Shown here one piece after another: positions 50,990-61,157 of a DNA stretch of 64,000 nucleotides. Source of the stretch: Zootoca vivipara (lineage: Eukaryota); NCBI RefSeq assembly GCF_963506605.1, contig NC_083282.1:85684001-85748000 (forward strand), written 5' to 3'. Numbering within the stretch: position 1 is the stretch's first letter; each line of letters starts with the position of its first letter. The position numbers and the translations under genes were made by a program. A model generated the notes under the pieces. The model worked only from the letters and a program-made list of their open reading frames with translations. It was not told the DNA's origin and did not search any database.

Positions 50990-51213
50990 TGAAATTTAGC
51001 GGCTGCTCTGAGAGCAAAGGAATCCAGTACGAAACCGACAACTTGGACTTCAAGGTGAGGACAGATGGAACTATCTACGCCACTCAACAGGTGCAAATCC
51101 CCTCGGAGCAGACAATATTTATGGTGACGGCATGGGACCACCAGGCCTTAGAAAGCTGGGAAACTATGGTCAGGTTACTGGTGGGAGAAAAATCACAACA
51201 CAAGGGACACAAG
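50990..51213 (+). CDS. CDH4: Cadherin-4 (R-cadherin) exon 3, prodomain-coding internal exon (phase 1 start, phase 0 end)
   Basis: Polypyrimidine tract plus acceptor TTTGTCTCCTTTCCCCCAG|TG (AG ends 50989) and donor AAG|GTAAAA at 51213/51214. Translation (V)KFSGCSESKGIQYETDNLDFKVRTDGTIYATQQVQIPSEQTIFMVTAWDHQALESWETMVRLLVGEKSQHKGHK closely matches the recalled CDH4 prodomain (VKFSSC..KGTQYETNSMDFKV..DGTVFAT..QVPSEQ..FTVTAWD...KW...VRLLV.....HSGHK). 224 nt = 2+74x3. Flanking exons are not found in the window. Confidence 0.93.
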
Positions 51214-53049
51214 GTAAAAATAACAATGATGGCAATTCAGAGAAGGGGAGGGGGAGAATAGCCAATAAATTTGTTGGCTTTACGATGCCACAAGACTCTT
51301 TTTGTGGCACATTGTTTCAAGCTTTTGTGGGGGCAGCGGGTGGGGTGGGGGGCTTATTTTGGGAATTTCACCACAGCCATCTTAATCTGGCTTTGGTGCA
51401 AGGTGTTAGTGTCTTGGCCTATAGTCCAGAAAAGCTTGGGGCACTGTGCTCAAAGGACCTTGTACATCATTATAGGCCTCCGCAATCTCTAATGGTCAAT
51501 TAAAATGTGCAGAAACAGTGCATGCTAATATCTTGGCTGGAATGTGGGAATCGTATATTTGAAAGGTCCCCATGTTAACAAGCAATATAGACTCTTCTCC
51601 CTGATGTACTAACTCTCCATGACCTGTGGGGTATTTAAAAATAAATAAATCCCAGAAGCAGGTCCTTCACCTGCAGTCTGAAATTGTACAATCCAAGACA
51701 GGCTGTATCACGTTTGAATCAACCAAGAATGTCCGTTTCCCCCAGCTAGGCTAGGGGGAAGTATCTGGGGAGGAGCAATTATGCAATGGAATCAAGGAAT
51801 GGTGGAATGATTTCCTGCCACTTTTCTTCCACCAACACCCATTGCCCCTGCATTCACAGTAGACAGCAAATCAAGGGCTACGATGTTTGCTCAATTTCCC
51901 AACAGCCTTTGTGGCTCAGGCTGGGGTGAAGGAGGATGCTATTGCTATTTTTAGTCTTTGTTTAAGAACCCAGGGCCCTGGATCCATCCCAGAATGGTAC
52001 CTCGTCTTGCTGTTGGCCATCCGAACATTAGAAACAAGGTGGGCAGGAGATGTGAGCAATAAATAAATAAATCAGACCAGGCAAGTTTTTCCAAACAGGC
52101 ACAGCAACATGCAGTAGTGAGACCCTGGTGAATCATTTCACAGCTGTGAATTCTGTTCCCTGTGTGCAGGCTTTCAGGTTAATGTAGCTAAAGGGGGGAC
52201 TTGACTTTTGAGCTAGTTCTTCCTTATTCTTAAAAGGCCACTCGATCATCCTTTAGATTGAACTTTGGTGAACTGGGGAGAATTTCTCACCCACTTCCTG
52301 CCTTCACATCCTCTTTTGTGGTGATGTATCGTCCCCTTTGGTTGAGATACAGTCTTCAGACAAATGGGTGGAAAGGGAAGCTTAATTCTCTTCTGCTCCT
52401 GGAGCTTCCGCCAAGCCCCTATTTTTGCATTGACTCTGACTCTGCCTGTCTTGCAGACATCTGAATATGTATCTGAGACTCTTCAGCAGAGAATCCCATG
52501 GCAATAAATTTTCCTTCACTGACCCCATTCTTTGGCCCTGTAGCTTCGCAGACATGCCATTTGCTATTGAAGAAGTAATCCAGACTTCCAACCTGAAGAT
52601 TTATTATCTAGAGATGGAGGGCTGTCAGGTTGGAGGGACTGCTTTTGGAAAATTAGCTGCCAGCTCATCCTGACCTTTAGGGAAAGCAATGACTGGATAG
52701 ACTCTGGGAAGGCATTGGGGGCAGGTGGGGGGGATTCTGTGAAGAAGGACTTAAGGGACAGGTTGTGTTTAGCCTGCAGAAGTGAAGACTTGAGGGGGGA
52801 GGGGGGAGCAGGATGGCATAATACTCTAAAATACCTGAAGAGGACAAAGACTTGTTTTCCGCTAACCCCAGAGGCCAGGTCAGATATAGCAACTTTATGT
52901 TATAGACTGTAGATTTTAGTTTAAACTGCTTAATGGTATGAGATGTTCACCAGTTACCTGGTGACTCTACCACCCTAAAGTTCTTCATTCAGAGACAGAA
53001 CATCCATCTGTCAATCCTTTTCTGCAAGGTAGTTTTTGGACCAATGCCT

Positions 53050-53250
53050 TCAAGTTACAAGAGACTCCCACTAAACATCAGGAAGAACCTTCTGACAGTA
53101 AGAGCTGTTTGACAGTGGAGAAGACTCCCTTAGGAGGTTGTGGACTCTCCTTCATTGGAGGTTTTTAAGCAGAGGTTGGATTCCTGCATTTCAGGGGTTT
53201 GCATTACATGGCTCTCGGGGTCCCTTCCAACTCTGCAATTCTATGATTCT
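53050..53250 (+). mobile_element. CR1 LINE 3' end
   Basis: CTAAACATCAGGAAGAAC...GGTCCCTTCCAACTCTGCAATTCTATGATTCT. Confidence 0.85.
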
Positions 53251-53369
53251 GTGACATAAGGTGATGGAAAAATCAAGCTTTGTCTGCAAAGGAAGATTCT
53301 TTCTTCACAGCCATGACTAGAAATCAACACCGTGACAAAAACAAAGGTGCCAAATATATATAAAAATAA

Positions 53370-53590
53370 ACCTTTAAAGCCCTAAACAGCCTTGGTCCAG
53401 TATACCTGAAGGAGCATCTCCACCCCTGTCGTTCAGCCAAGGTCCAGCTCCAAGGGCCTTCTGATGGTTCCCCTCACTGTGAGAAGTGAGGTTTACAGGG
53501 AACCAGGCAGAGGGCCTTCTTGGTAGTGGCGCCCACCCTGTGGAACACTCCCATCAGATGCCAAGGAGATAAGTAACTATACAACCTTTA
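53370..53590 (+). mobile_element. L2-clade LINE fragment
   Basis: Same family as the 36842 and 17653 copies. Confidence 0.82.
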
Positions 53591-53601
53591 GATAAGTAAC
53601 T

Positions 53602-53702
53602 GTTGTTGTTGTTTAGTCGTGTCCGACTCTTTGTGACCCCATGGACCATAGCACGCCAGGCACTCCTGTCTTCCACTGCCTCCCGCAGTTTGGTCAAACT
53701 CA
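53602..53702 (-). mobile_element. Bov-B LINE extreme 3' end (~100 bp)
   Basis: (TTG)n then TTTAGTCGTGTCCGACTC...CAGTTTGGTCAAACTCA, matching the other copies. Confidence 0.9.
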
Positions 53703-53764
53703 CCTTAACTTCGCTTCTGTCCGGGCAGAATGATGGGGGTGGAGATGCTCCTTCAGGTATACTG

Positions 53765-53930
53765 TAGTTGGACTAACCTGGGAGACAGGGGTTCAAAACT
53801 CCATTCGGCAATGAGGTTCATTGGGTGAACTTCAGCCAGTCACTGTCACTTTGCCTAACCTACTTCACAGGGTTGTTGTGAAGGGGGAACAATGTATGCC
53901 ACTTTGTAGGGGAAAGTTAGGATATAAAGC
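53765..53930 (+). mobile_element. Degraded MIR/Squam3-like CORE SINE
   Basis: B-box-like GGTTCAAAACTCC, TGGGTGAACTT..GCCAGTCAC, and CCTACTTCACAGGGTTGTTGTG core. Confidence 0.55.
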
Positions 53931-54213
53931 AATATATACATACATGCTTACCCAAAGCTGCTTCAGGTCAGCTCAGGGCAGTGCAAGGCAAATCAGAACC
54001 TTGGATAGCTCCCAATAGGAACTGCTGGCTGAGCTTTTCAAGATGTTATCTGGATTATCGGAAGGCTTTCTTTTCCAGTGATCATGCCACCCTTGGTGAG
54101 CAGTCTGCAATTCTTGTGTGGCCAAGTAGCTAGAGGGGAGCCATCCCCTGGGTCTGAGGGTGATGGGGGAACAACGTCCTCAGAGTGGGAGAGTGAAGAA
54201 GGGATTATTTTTG

Positions 54214-54361
54214 TGCCTGGGTAGCTCAGTTGATTAGAGCATGGTGCTGATAATGGCAAGGTTGCAGGTTTGATCCCTGTATGAGAAAGTGGCATGCTCC
54301 TGAATTGCAGTGGGTTGGAGTAGATGAGTTTCAAGGTCCCTTCCAACTCTACGATTCTATG
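54214..54361 (+). mobile_element. SINE with tRNA-Ile-derived head and CR1 3' tail
   Basis: Head TAGCTCAGTTGATTAGAGCATGGTGCTGATAATGGCAAGGTTGCAGGTTTGATCCCTGTA aligns with vertebrate tRNA-Ile; tail GGTCCCTTCCAACTCTACGATTCTATG matches the CR1 end; partial copy at ~5350-5435. Confidence 0.75.
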
Positions 54362-55732
54362 GGGAAATGAGTCTTTCATAGAGCAACACTGTTTTAATGC
54401 TTTTTTTGCAATTGAGCCGGAGTGCTCTATACTCTGCAAATATGAACACATTTCATTTCAGTATTACAGATCACACTGTCATCTCGAGTGAGCTACTTAA
54501 AATTTCTCCCCGGCGAAAAGAATACAAGCTGCAGTGCATTTCAACTTTAGCAAAATATTTGGTTTGAAATTTGTAGAATATGAATACAAGCTGAACTCTG
54601 GTTCAAGACAAATAGAACTCTGGCTTTTTAAAATTCACACCATTCTTTTCTTAAAAGCCTTATTAGTGTATAGTTGGAGGGTGAAAAAACAGTGGAAAAC
54701 AAGACTAATGACAAGGTCACGGACTGTAGTGTATCATTGTGTGTCATAATAGTGGGAGGCTGAGCTTCTGCTTTATTTAAATCTTCCTGCTTTGCTTTTA
54801 TGAACAAAAGAAGAGTTTTGTTTGCAAAGGAAATGAAAGAGGTTCATGGGATTATTTGAAGGATATCAAGCAGCACTGAAATTAAACATTATCAAGTCAA
54901 AATCCCAGTGCTTTTGAAGCACTGACCCTGACATGTCTGTTCAGGGAAATTGATCTGGTGTGTTGTTTTTCAGAAATCCAATAGAATTAAAACAAACATG
55001 CACACACTTAGCAGTCACTGTAGGATATGCACAGATTTGTTGTGTTGTTGTTTTTTGCAGTACTTAAAATATGATTTTTGTTACATGCTGGGTCTCCTCT
55101 CACATGTTTCTCTGAAGACAAGAGTAGACAATTAATTCTTCATATGGTGAATCTACAGCTAGACTGTGGGGAATTGCATGTCTTAATAGGCATGCAAATA
55201 GCACACACAAATACACACACACACATACACTTGATTAAGCAAAATGATGGGATGTAACATAAGCCTGCTGGATCAGGCCCATCTAATCCAGCATCCACAG
55301 TGGCCAGCCTGCAAGCTGGACATGAAAGCAACAGCACTCTGCCCACTTGCAACTTCCAGCAAGGAGGATAATAAAATAGCAACTCTTGGTCTTCTCATGG
55401 TTCAGCTTTTGTCTAGTGGCCTTGATCCTCCAGCTCATTAATGCTAGTCCTAATCAGAGTAAACCTGCTGAAAATTAATGAACATGTTAAACTTAGGTTC
55501 ATTCATCTCAATAGGACTTCTCTGACCTACAACCTACAGCACCTTGTTTGAGATTGAGCCCACGTTTTCCCAGTGCCAGTCGATTCCAAAGCTGCATGAT
55601 CATAGTGGAGAACCTGTGGCCCCCTAGATGTGATTGGACAACAACTCCCATCACCCCTTATAGGCCATACTGGCTCAGAGTAATTGAGGGGGGGCACAGG
55701 TTCTCCACAGATTCTCTATCCATGCCTTAGTG

Positions 55733-55864
55733 CAGGCATAGGCAAACTTGGCCCTCCAGATGTTTTGGGACTACAATTCCCATCATCCCTGACCACTGGT
55801 CCTGTTAGGGATGGTGGGAGTGGTAGTCCCAAAACATCTGGAGGGCCGAGTTTGCCTATGCCTG
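55733..55864. mobile_element. hAT MITE (hairpin-like)
   Basis: TIRs CAGGCATAGGCAAACT / AGTTTGCCTATGCCTG; perfect TSD CCTTAGTG. Confidence 0.92.
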
Positions 55865-57444
55865 CCTTAGTGATGTGCTCTACAATATCAAAGTGGCAAT
55901 ACCCAGAAAAGTGACCTTACCAGGGGACAATATCATTGGGCAGCCTATATAAATTTTGTAAATCCAGAGATAACTGACCGTGCATGTGGTGGTTATTTGC
56001 TTTGCTTCACATTGCCTAAAGGAGATGCCGTTGTTTATTAGTTGCCAAGTAACCTTTTCCACTTACAGAGATGGACCAAAACATGTTGGTGCTTAAGGCA
56101 GAAAATCCATATGGTGGTGATGATAAATTGATGATAAGCTAAATAATTCACCATTTCTTGCTCTATAATTGGACTCTGTCGTCTTGCCCAATGATAAGCT
56201 GGGTCCCGGTCACCTACTTGAAACAAAGCATAGTGTTTTCATCCCTCTCCCCAGCAAACATTTCAGAATATGTTTAAGAAGAATGGCGGCAATATCTGTG
56301 GGGAGAAGCCTGGGCACAAGCAGCTCAGTAGGAATCCCTGTTGACATCCATCCTGGCTCCCTGTGATGGGGTTCAGATCTGAACGTTGTCTGGCATTGGA
56401 AATTCCCTACAATGCCTGATGTAGCAGCATTCCAAGACATTGTGGGGAACTTCAAATGGCAGCTGATGTAGGAGAAATCCCAGCTTCCTGAGGCACCCTC
56501 AGACTCAGAGCTGTCTGTTCAATGGCAAAGTCTATGGCATTCCATGAACTAACAATATTTTTCATGCTAAACAGACCCATAAAGTAAGCTTTCTCTCTCC
56601 CCCCTCCCCAGCTAATCCAAGCGGTGTTATGAAACTATAAGAACTTTTCAGGGTGGTTCCCCCCCCTTTTTTTCTCTTTTTGGTTGTTCACTCTTGCAAG
56701 AAACCTGATAGCAATTCAATTAGAAAATGCAAATGAGGTCGCAGATTTACCACCAGAGTGCTGAATTACCGCCTCCCCCCCCCAAAAAAAAGTGGAGCGA
56801 TATTCTGGAATAACAGTAAATACTTAAGATAAAAGTTTTTTCACACTGTTCTCATCCAACTGGCTATTTTTACAGTTGAATGTGTTGATGGCGCCTGTGG
56901 GTATATTCTGCAAAAGGAAGAAATGGCGGGGGGAGAGAAAACCTTGTTTATGAAATGAATAATTTGGCCTTCTAGCTCATGTCAGCATTTATGAAAGATA
57001 CACTTGAATGAAATTGCATTCCCAGGGAAAAGGGGAAGCCTTTTTATTTCTCTCTTTTTGCTGGGCATGGCTTATTAAGGGCTTTCCTTCTTGATATCTT
57101 AGGAAGCATGCATTTGCTGGCTTAATGAAAGTCAGATGATCAACACCACAACTACTAGATAGGTTGCTGAGTAGTTATTGTTTACATCTTTGTTATGCAA
57201 CCACCATGTGTCCTATGCTGGGGAAAGGAACCTCCAGGTCAAGGATCAGATGTGGTCCAGCAGGGGTGCAAATTTGGCCCGTGAGACTCCACATCAGATG
57301 TGGGGCAGGTAGAAACATGGCTGATTGTGTAATCGGGAGTCTTAAAGGGTGTGTTGGCAAGGGAAGGTGGGCTTGGACTCTTCTGCAGCTGATAGAGGAC
57401 TGATCCTTCAGTTCCCAACAGCTAGTTGACTGTTTAGCACTTGG

Positions 57445-57788
57445 CATACCTGCCAAGTTCCGGCCTGAGAAATAAGGGACTGGACCGGAAGTAGCTGACT
57501 GGAAGTAGCACTGCCGCCATTTTGGAACTGGGCGGAGCATGCTCAGAAGTGACTTTTGATGCTGCTCTGCCCTGTTCCAAAATGGCCGTCACACCAGAAG
57601 TTGCGCTGCAGCCATTTTGGAACTGGGCAAAGCAGCAACAAAAGTCGCTTCTGAGCATGCTCCCCCAGTTCCAAAATGGCCGCCACACCAGAATAAGCCG
57701 GGGGAAAACAAAAAAATCCATTTTTTCGGCTGGGGACACCCAGAAAAACGGGGGTTTCCCAGGGAATACTGGAGACTTGGCAGCTATG
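57445..57788. mobile_element. hAT MITE
   Basis: TIRs CATACCTGCCAAGT / ACTTGGCAGCTATG; perfect TSD GCACTTGG (57437-44, 57789-96); internal inverted repeats. Confidence 0.9.
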
Positions 57789-58173
57789 GCACTTGGGAAC
57801 CACTGTGTGATGGATTTTGACAGGTGGGCAGGGCAGCTGATGTTATGATGATACCATACAATTGATAGGTAGGTTGTCCCATCCACCTATCAAAGTTGTC
57901 TCATGTAGGTACACTTTTGCCCATGAAGCCAAAAATCCCTCTTGAAAGTCAATAATGAGTGAGACAACCTCACCAGGTCAAAGAGGGCACTATATGCTAG
58001 TATTAACACCATTAATTGGGCCTAGTTGCTCACTGGTAACCAGCGCAGTGCTTTCAGGTCTCATGTCATATGGTTCCATCATGCTGCCCCACTTACCAAC
58101 CTAGTAGCCACATTCTGCACTGGCTGGAGCCTCCAGCCTATCCTCAAGGGCAGCCCCATTTACAGCACAGTAC

Positions 58174-58522
58174 GGTGGTGCTGTGGGTTAAACCACACAG
58201 CCTAGGGCTTGCCGATCAGAAGGTTGGTGGTTCGAATCCCCGTGACTGAGTGAGCTCCTGTTGCTCGGTCCCTGCTCCTGCCAACCTAGCAGTTTGAAAG
58301 CATGTCAAAGTGCAAGTAGATAAATAAGTACCGCTCCAGCGGGAAGGTAAATGGCGTTTCCGTGCGCTGCTCTGGTTTGCCAGAAGTGGCTTAGTCATTC
58401 TGGCCACATGACCTAGAAGCTGTACACCAGCTCCCTCAGCCAATAAAGCAAGATGAGCCCCGCAACCCCAGAGTCGTCGGCGACTGGACCTAATGGTCAG
58501 GGGTCCCTTTACCTTTACTTTT
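58174..58522 (+). mobile_element. Sauria SINE
   Basis: Near full-length match to the 8260 copy, with an ACCTTT tail; inserted in a degraded minus-strand L2 fragment (~58020-58170). Confidence 0.92.
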
Positions 58523-58528
58523 ACAGTA

Positions 58529-59045
58529 CAGTGGAACCTCGGTTTATGAACACCTCGGTTTATGAATTTTCGGTTTACGAACGCCGCGGACCCATCTGGA
58601 ACGGATTAATTCATTTTCCATTACTTTCAATGGAAAAGTTCGCTTCAGTTTATGAACGCTTCAGTTTATGAACAGACTTCCGGAACCAATTACACCTATG
58701 CTTCAGTTTATGAACGCTTCAGTTTAAGTACTCCGTGGACCCGTCTGGAATGGATTAATCCACTTTCCATTACTTTCAATGGGAAAGTTCACTTCAGTTT
58801 ATGAACGCTTCAGTTTAAGTACTCCGTGGACTGTCTGGAACGGATTAATCCACTTTCCATTACTTTCAATGGGAAAGTTCGCTTCAGTTTATGAACGCTT
58901 CAGTTTAAGTACTCCGTGGACTGTCTGGAACGGATTAATCCACTTTCCATTATTTTCAATGGGAAAGCTCGCTTCAGTTTATGAACGCTTCAGTTTATGA
59001 ACAGACTTCCGGAACCAATTGTGTTCATAAACCGAGGTACCACTG
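58529..59045. mobile_element. Tc1/mariner MITE (inverted sibling of 24021-24437)
   Basis: TA-CAGTGGAACCTCGGTTTATGAACA ... TGTTCATAAACCGAGGTACCACTG-TA. Confidence 0.92.
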
Positions 59046-59650
59046 TAATCCAGATGAGCATAAACAACTGAGACCAGGCTAAGACAGATATATGCATCCA
59101 TCTTGTTATATGTGAGGTACTTTCTGCCACATCACCCAGGCAAGCCATACTCATAAATAGATCTGTTAGCACACAAATATGTTCACTTTGACAGAGCTCT
59201 CATTTGCTCAAGGTATAAGGTATTGAAGAGATAATATGCTAATCTTGTCAAGGTCCTGAAATGTATTAAAATCTCACCCCAAGGTGAAATTTGTTTGCTG
59301 CCTGTCTTTCATAAAACCGAGCCACCCATGCACTAATAAATCACTTCTCTCGAACAAAAGAAAACAAACACAGAGACCCAGGTATGCCTGCTCGCGATGC
59401 AAGTTTCTTACCCTGCCTGATCGCAGCCCTTTGACCTCCAATTTCCCTGTTTCTTACTGCCGCCTGCCAATGTCACGTTATGCACTTGAAAAAGTTGATG
59501 TAAACAAAAGCTCCATAAAGAACACCAACACACAACAAACACAATCATTGCTGTGATGATTCCTCATGGTTAAAATATATGAGATTCTATATAAGCAAGT
59601 TCCCAGGAGTTTTAAGAGTTTTAAGAGTAACCTTGAGAAGAGATTTATAG

Positions 59651-59786
59651 CAGGCATCCCCAAACTTCGGCCCTCCGGATGTTTTGGACTACAATTCCCA
59701 TCTTCCTTGACCACTGGTCCTGTTAGCTAGGGATCATGGGAGTTGTAGGCCAAAACATCTGGAGGGCCGCAGTTTGGGGGTGCCTG
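59651..59786. mobile_element. hAT MITE (inverted sibling of 37456-37591)
   Basis: TIRs CAGGCATCCCCAAACT / AGTTTGGGGGTGCCTG; perfect TSD ATTTATAG. Confidence 0.92.
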
Positions 59787-60263
59787 ATTTATAGGAAGGA
59801 ACACAACTTGAAACATTCTGGGGTGGTGGTGTTGCTTTTAAAGCACTGGGCTGTAAAAGAGTTCTGTTGAATCAGGCCAGTGGCCCATCTCGAGCAGCAT
59901 CCTGTTCTCACAAAGACCAACCAGAAACCCTTAGGAAACCTGCAAGAAGGACCCAAGCACAAGAGCATTCTCACCTCCTGTGGTTTCCATCAACTGGTAT
60001 TCGGAGGCATGACTGCCTCCAACCACAGAGGCAGAGTATAGCCATCATGCCTAGTAGCCTTTGGGATCCTTATCCTCTCTGAATTTTTCATTTCTCAAGT
60101 TGGCTGCCATCACTGCCTCCTGTGGGAGCAAGTTCCATAGTTTATATCAATGGTAGAGCAGTAGCCTTGCATGCAGATGCTCCCATGTTCAATCCCCACC
60201 ATCCCCAGGTAGGACCAGGAGAGATTCCCTACCTGAAACCCTGGAGTCAGTTTACACAATAGT

Positions 60264-60353
60264 CATAGCTGCCAAGTTATCCCTTTTTTTAAGGGATTTT
60301 CCCTTATGCTGAATAGGCTTCCTCGCGAGAAAAGGGAAAACTTGGCAGCTATG
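60264..60353. mobile_element. 90-bp hAT MITE
   Basis: Same family as 32505-32594; perfect TSD ACAATAGT. Confidence 0.92.
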
Positions 60354-60971
60354 ACAATAGTGAGCTAGATGAACCATTGGTCTGACTTAATATAAGGCAA
60401 CTTCCTCTGTTCCCGTCAGTCACATTTTCCTTCTTTTGTTGACTGGAGAGCGTAGAACCAATGTCCGTAGATGCTATTTTTGGTTTGCATATACAACCAC
60501 TTTAGTTGTGCTAGGAATAGACCCTATTGAAATTAAGGAATATGACTAATTTAGGTCAATTAATTTGAAAGGGTCTTGATCTTACTTGTTTGCAGCTCTT
60601 TGATTGTGCAGAACTTCTTCATCCTGCTCAAGGTGTGGTGCAACAGCCAAAAGAGTTGCTCCATAAAGAGGTCTTTCATCGCTTCTGGAACATATTGAGG
60701 GCCTTTTCTGGCAGATGCTTGCTTAGCAGCACTGCTGTGACACTGCTTTGGTAATGTTGGGTCAGTTGGGAGAAGCTGACAATGGGTGCCTCCAGACTGT
60801 CAATATTTTGCAGGAGGAATTCAAGCGCATACCAAAGCATTAGGTTTGCACAATGAAAGGGAAAGCTCTCTGCCACCTGAGCACCAAGGAGAAAAACAAC
60901 AACACTTTTTGTGGTTTGGAAAATGGAAATGCTTTGAAAAATGTGGGATGGATGAATGATATAGGGAAGAC

Positions 60972-61021
<50 letters not shown>

Positions 61022-61157
61022 TTATTTATACCCTGCCCATCTGGCTGGGTTTCCCCAGCCACTCTGGGTGGCTTCCAACAGAAGTATTAAAATACAATAA
61101 TTTATTAAACATTAAAAGTTTCCCTAAACAGGGCTGCCTTCAGATGTCCTCTAAAAG
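60972..61157 (-). mobile_element. L2 3' terminal fragment with (TAA)n tail
   Basis: (TAA)n then TTTATTTATACCCTGCCCATCTGGCTGGG..., matching the 3' UTR of the 17653 copy. Confidence 0.8.

Noticed and set aside
50746-51261. 171-aa ORF as a complete single-exon gene
   Set aside because: Only 50990-51213 resembles cadherin and it is bounded by canonical splice sites; the rest is intron read-through.
54214-54290. Functional tRNA-Ile gene
   Set aside because: Acceptor stem and T-loop are mutated (GGTTTGATCC), there is no Pol III terminator directly after it, and it is fused to a CR1 tail.
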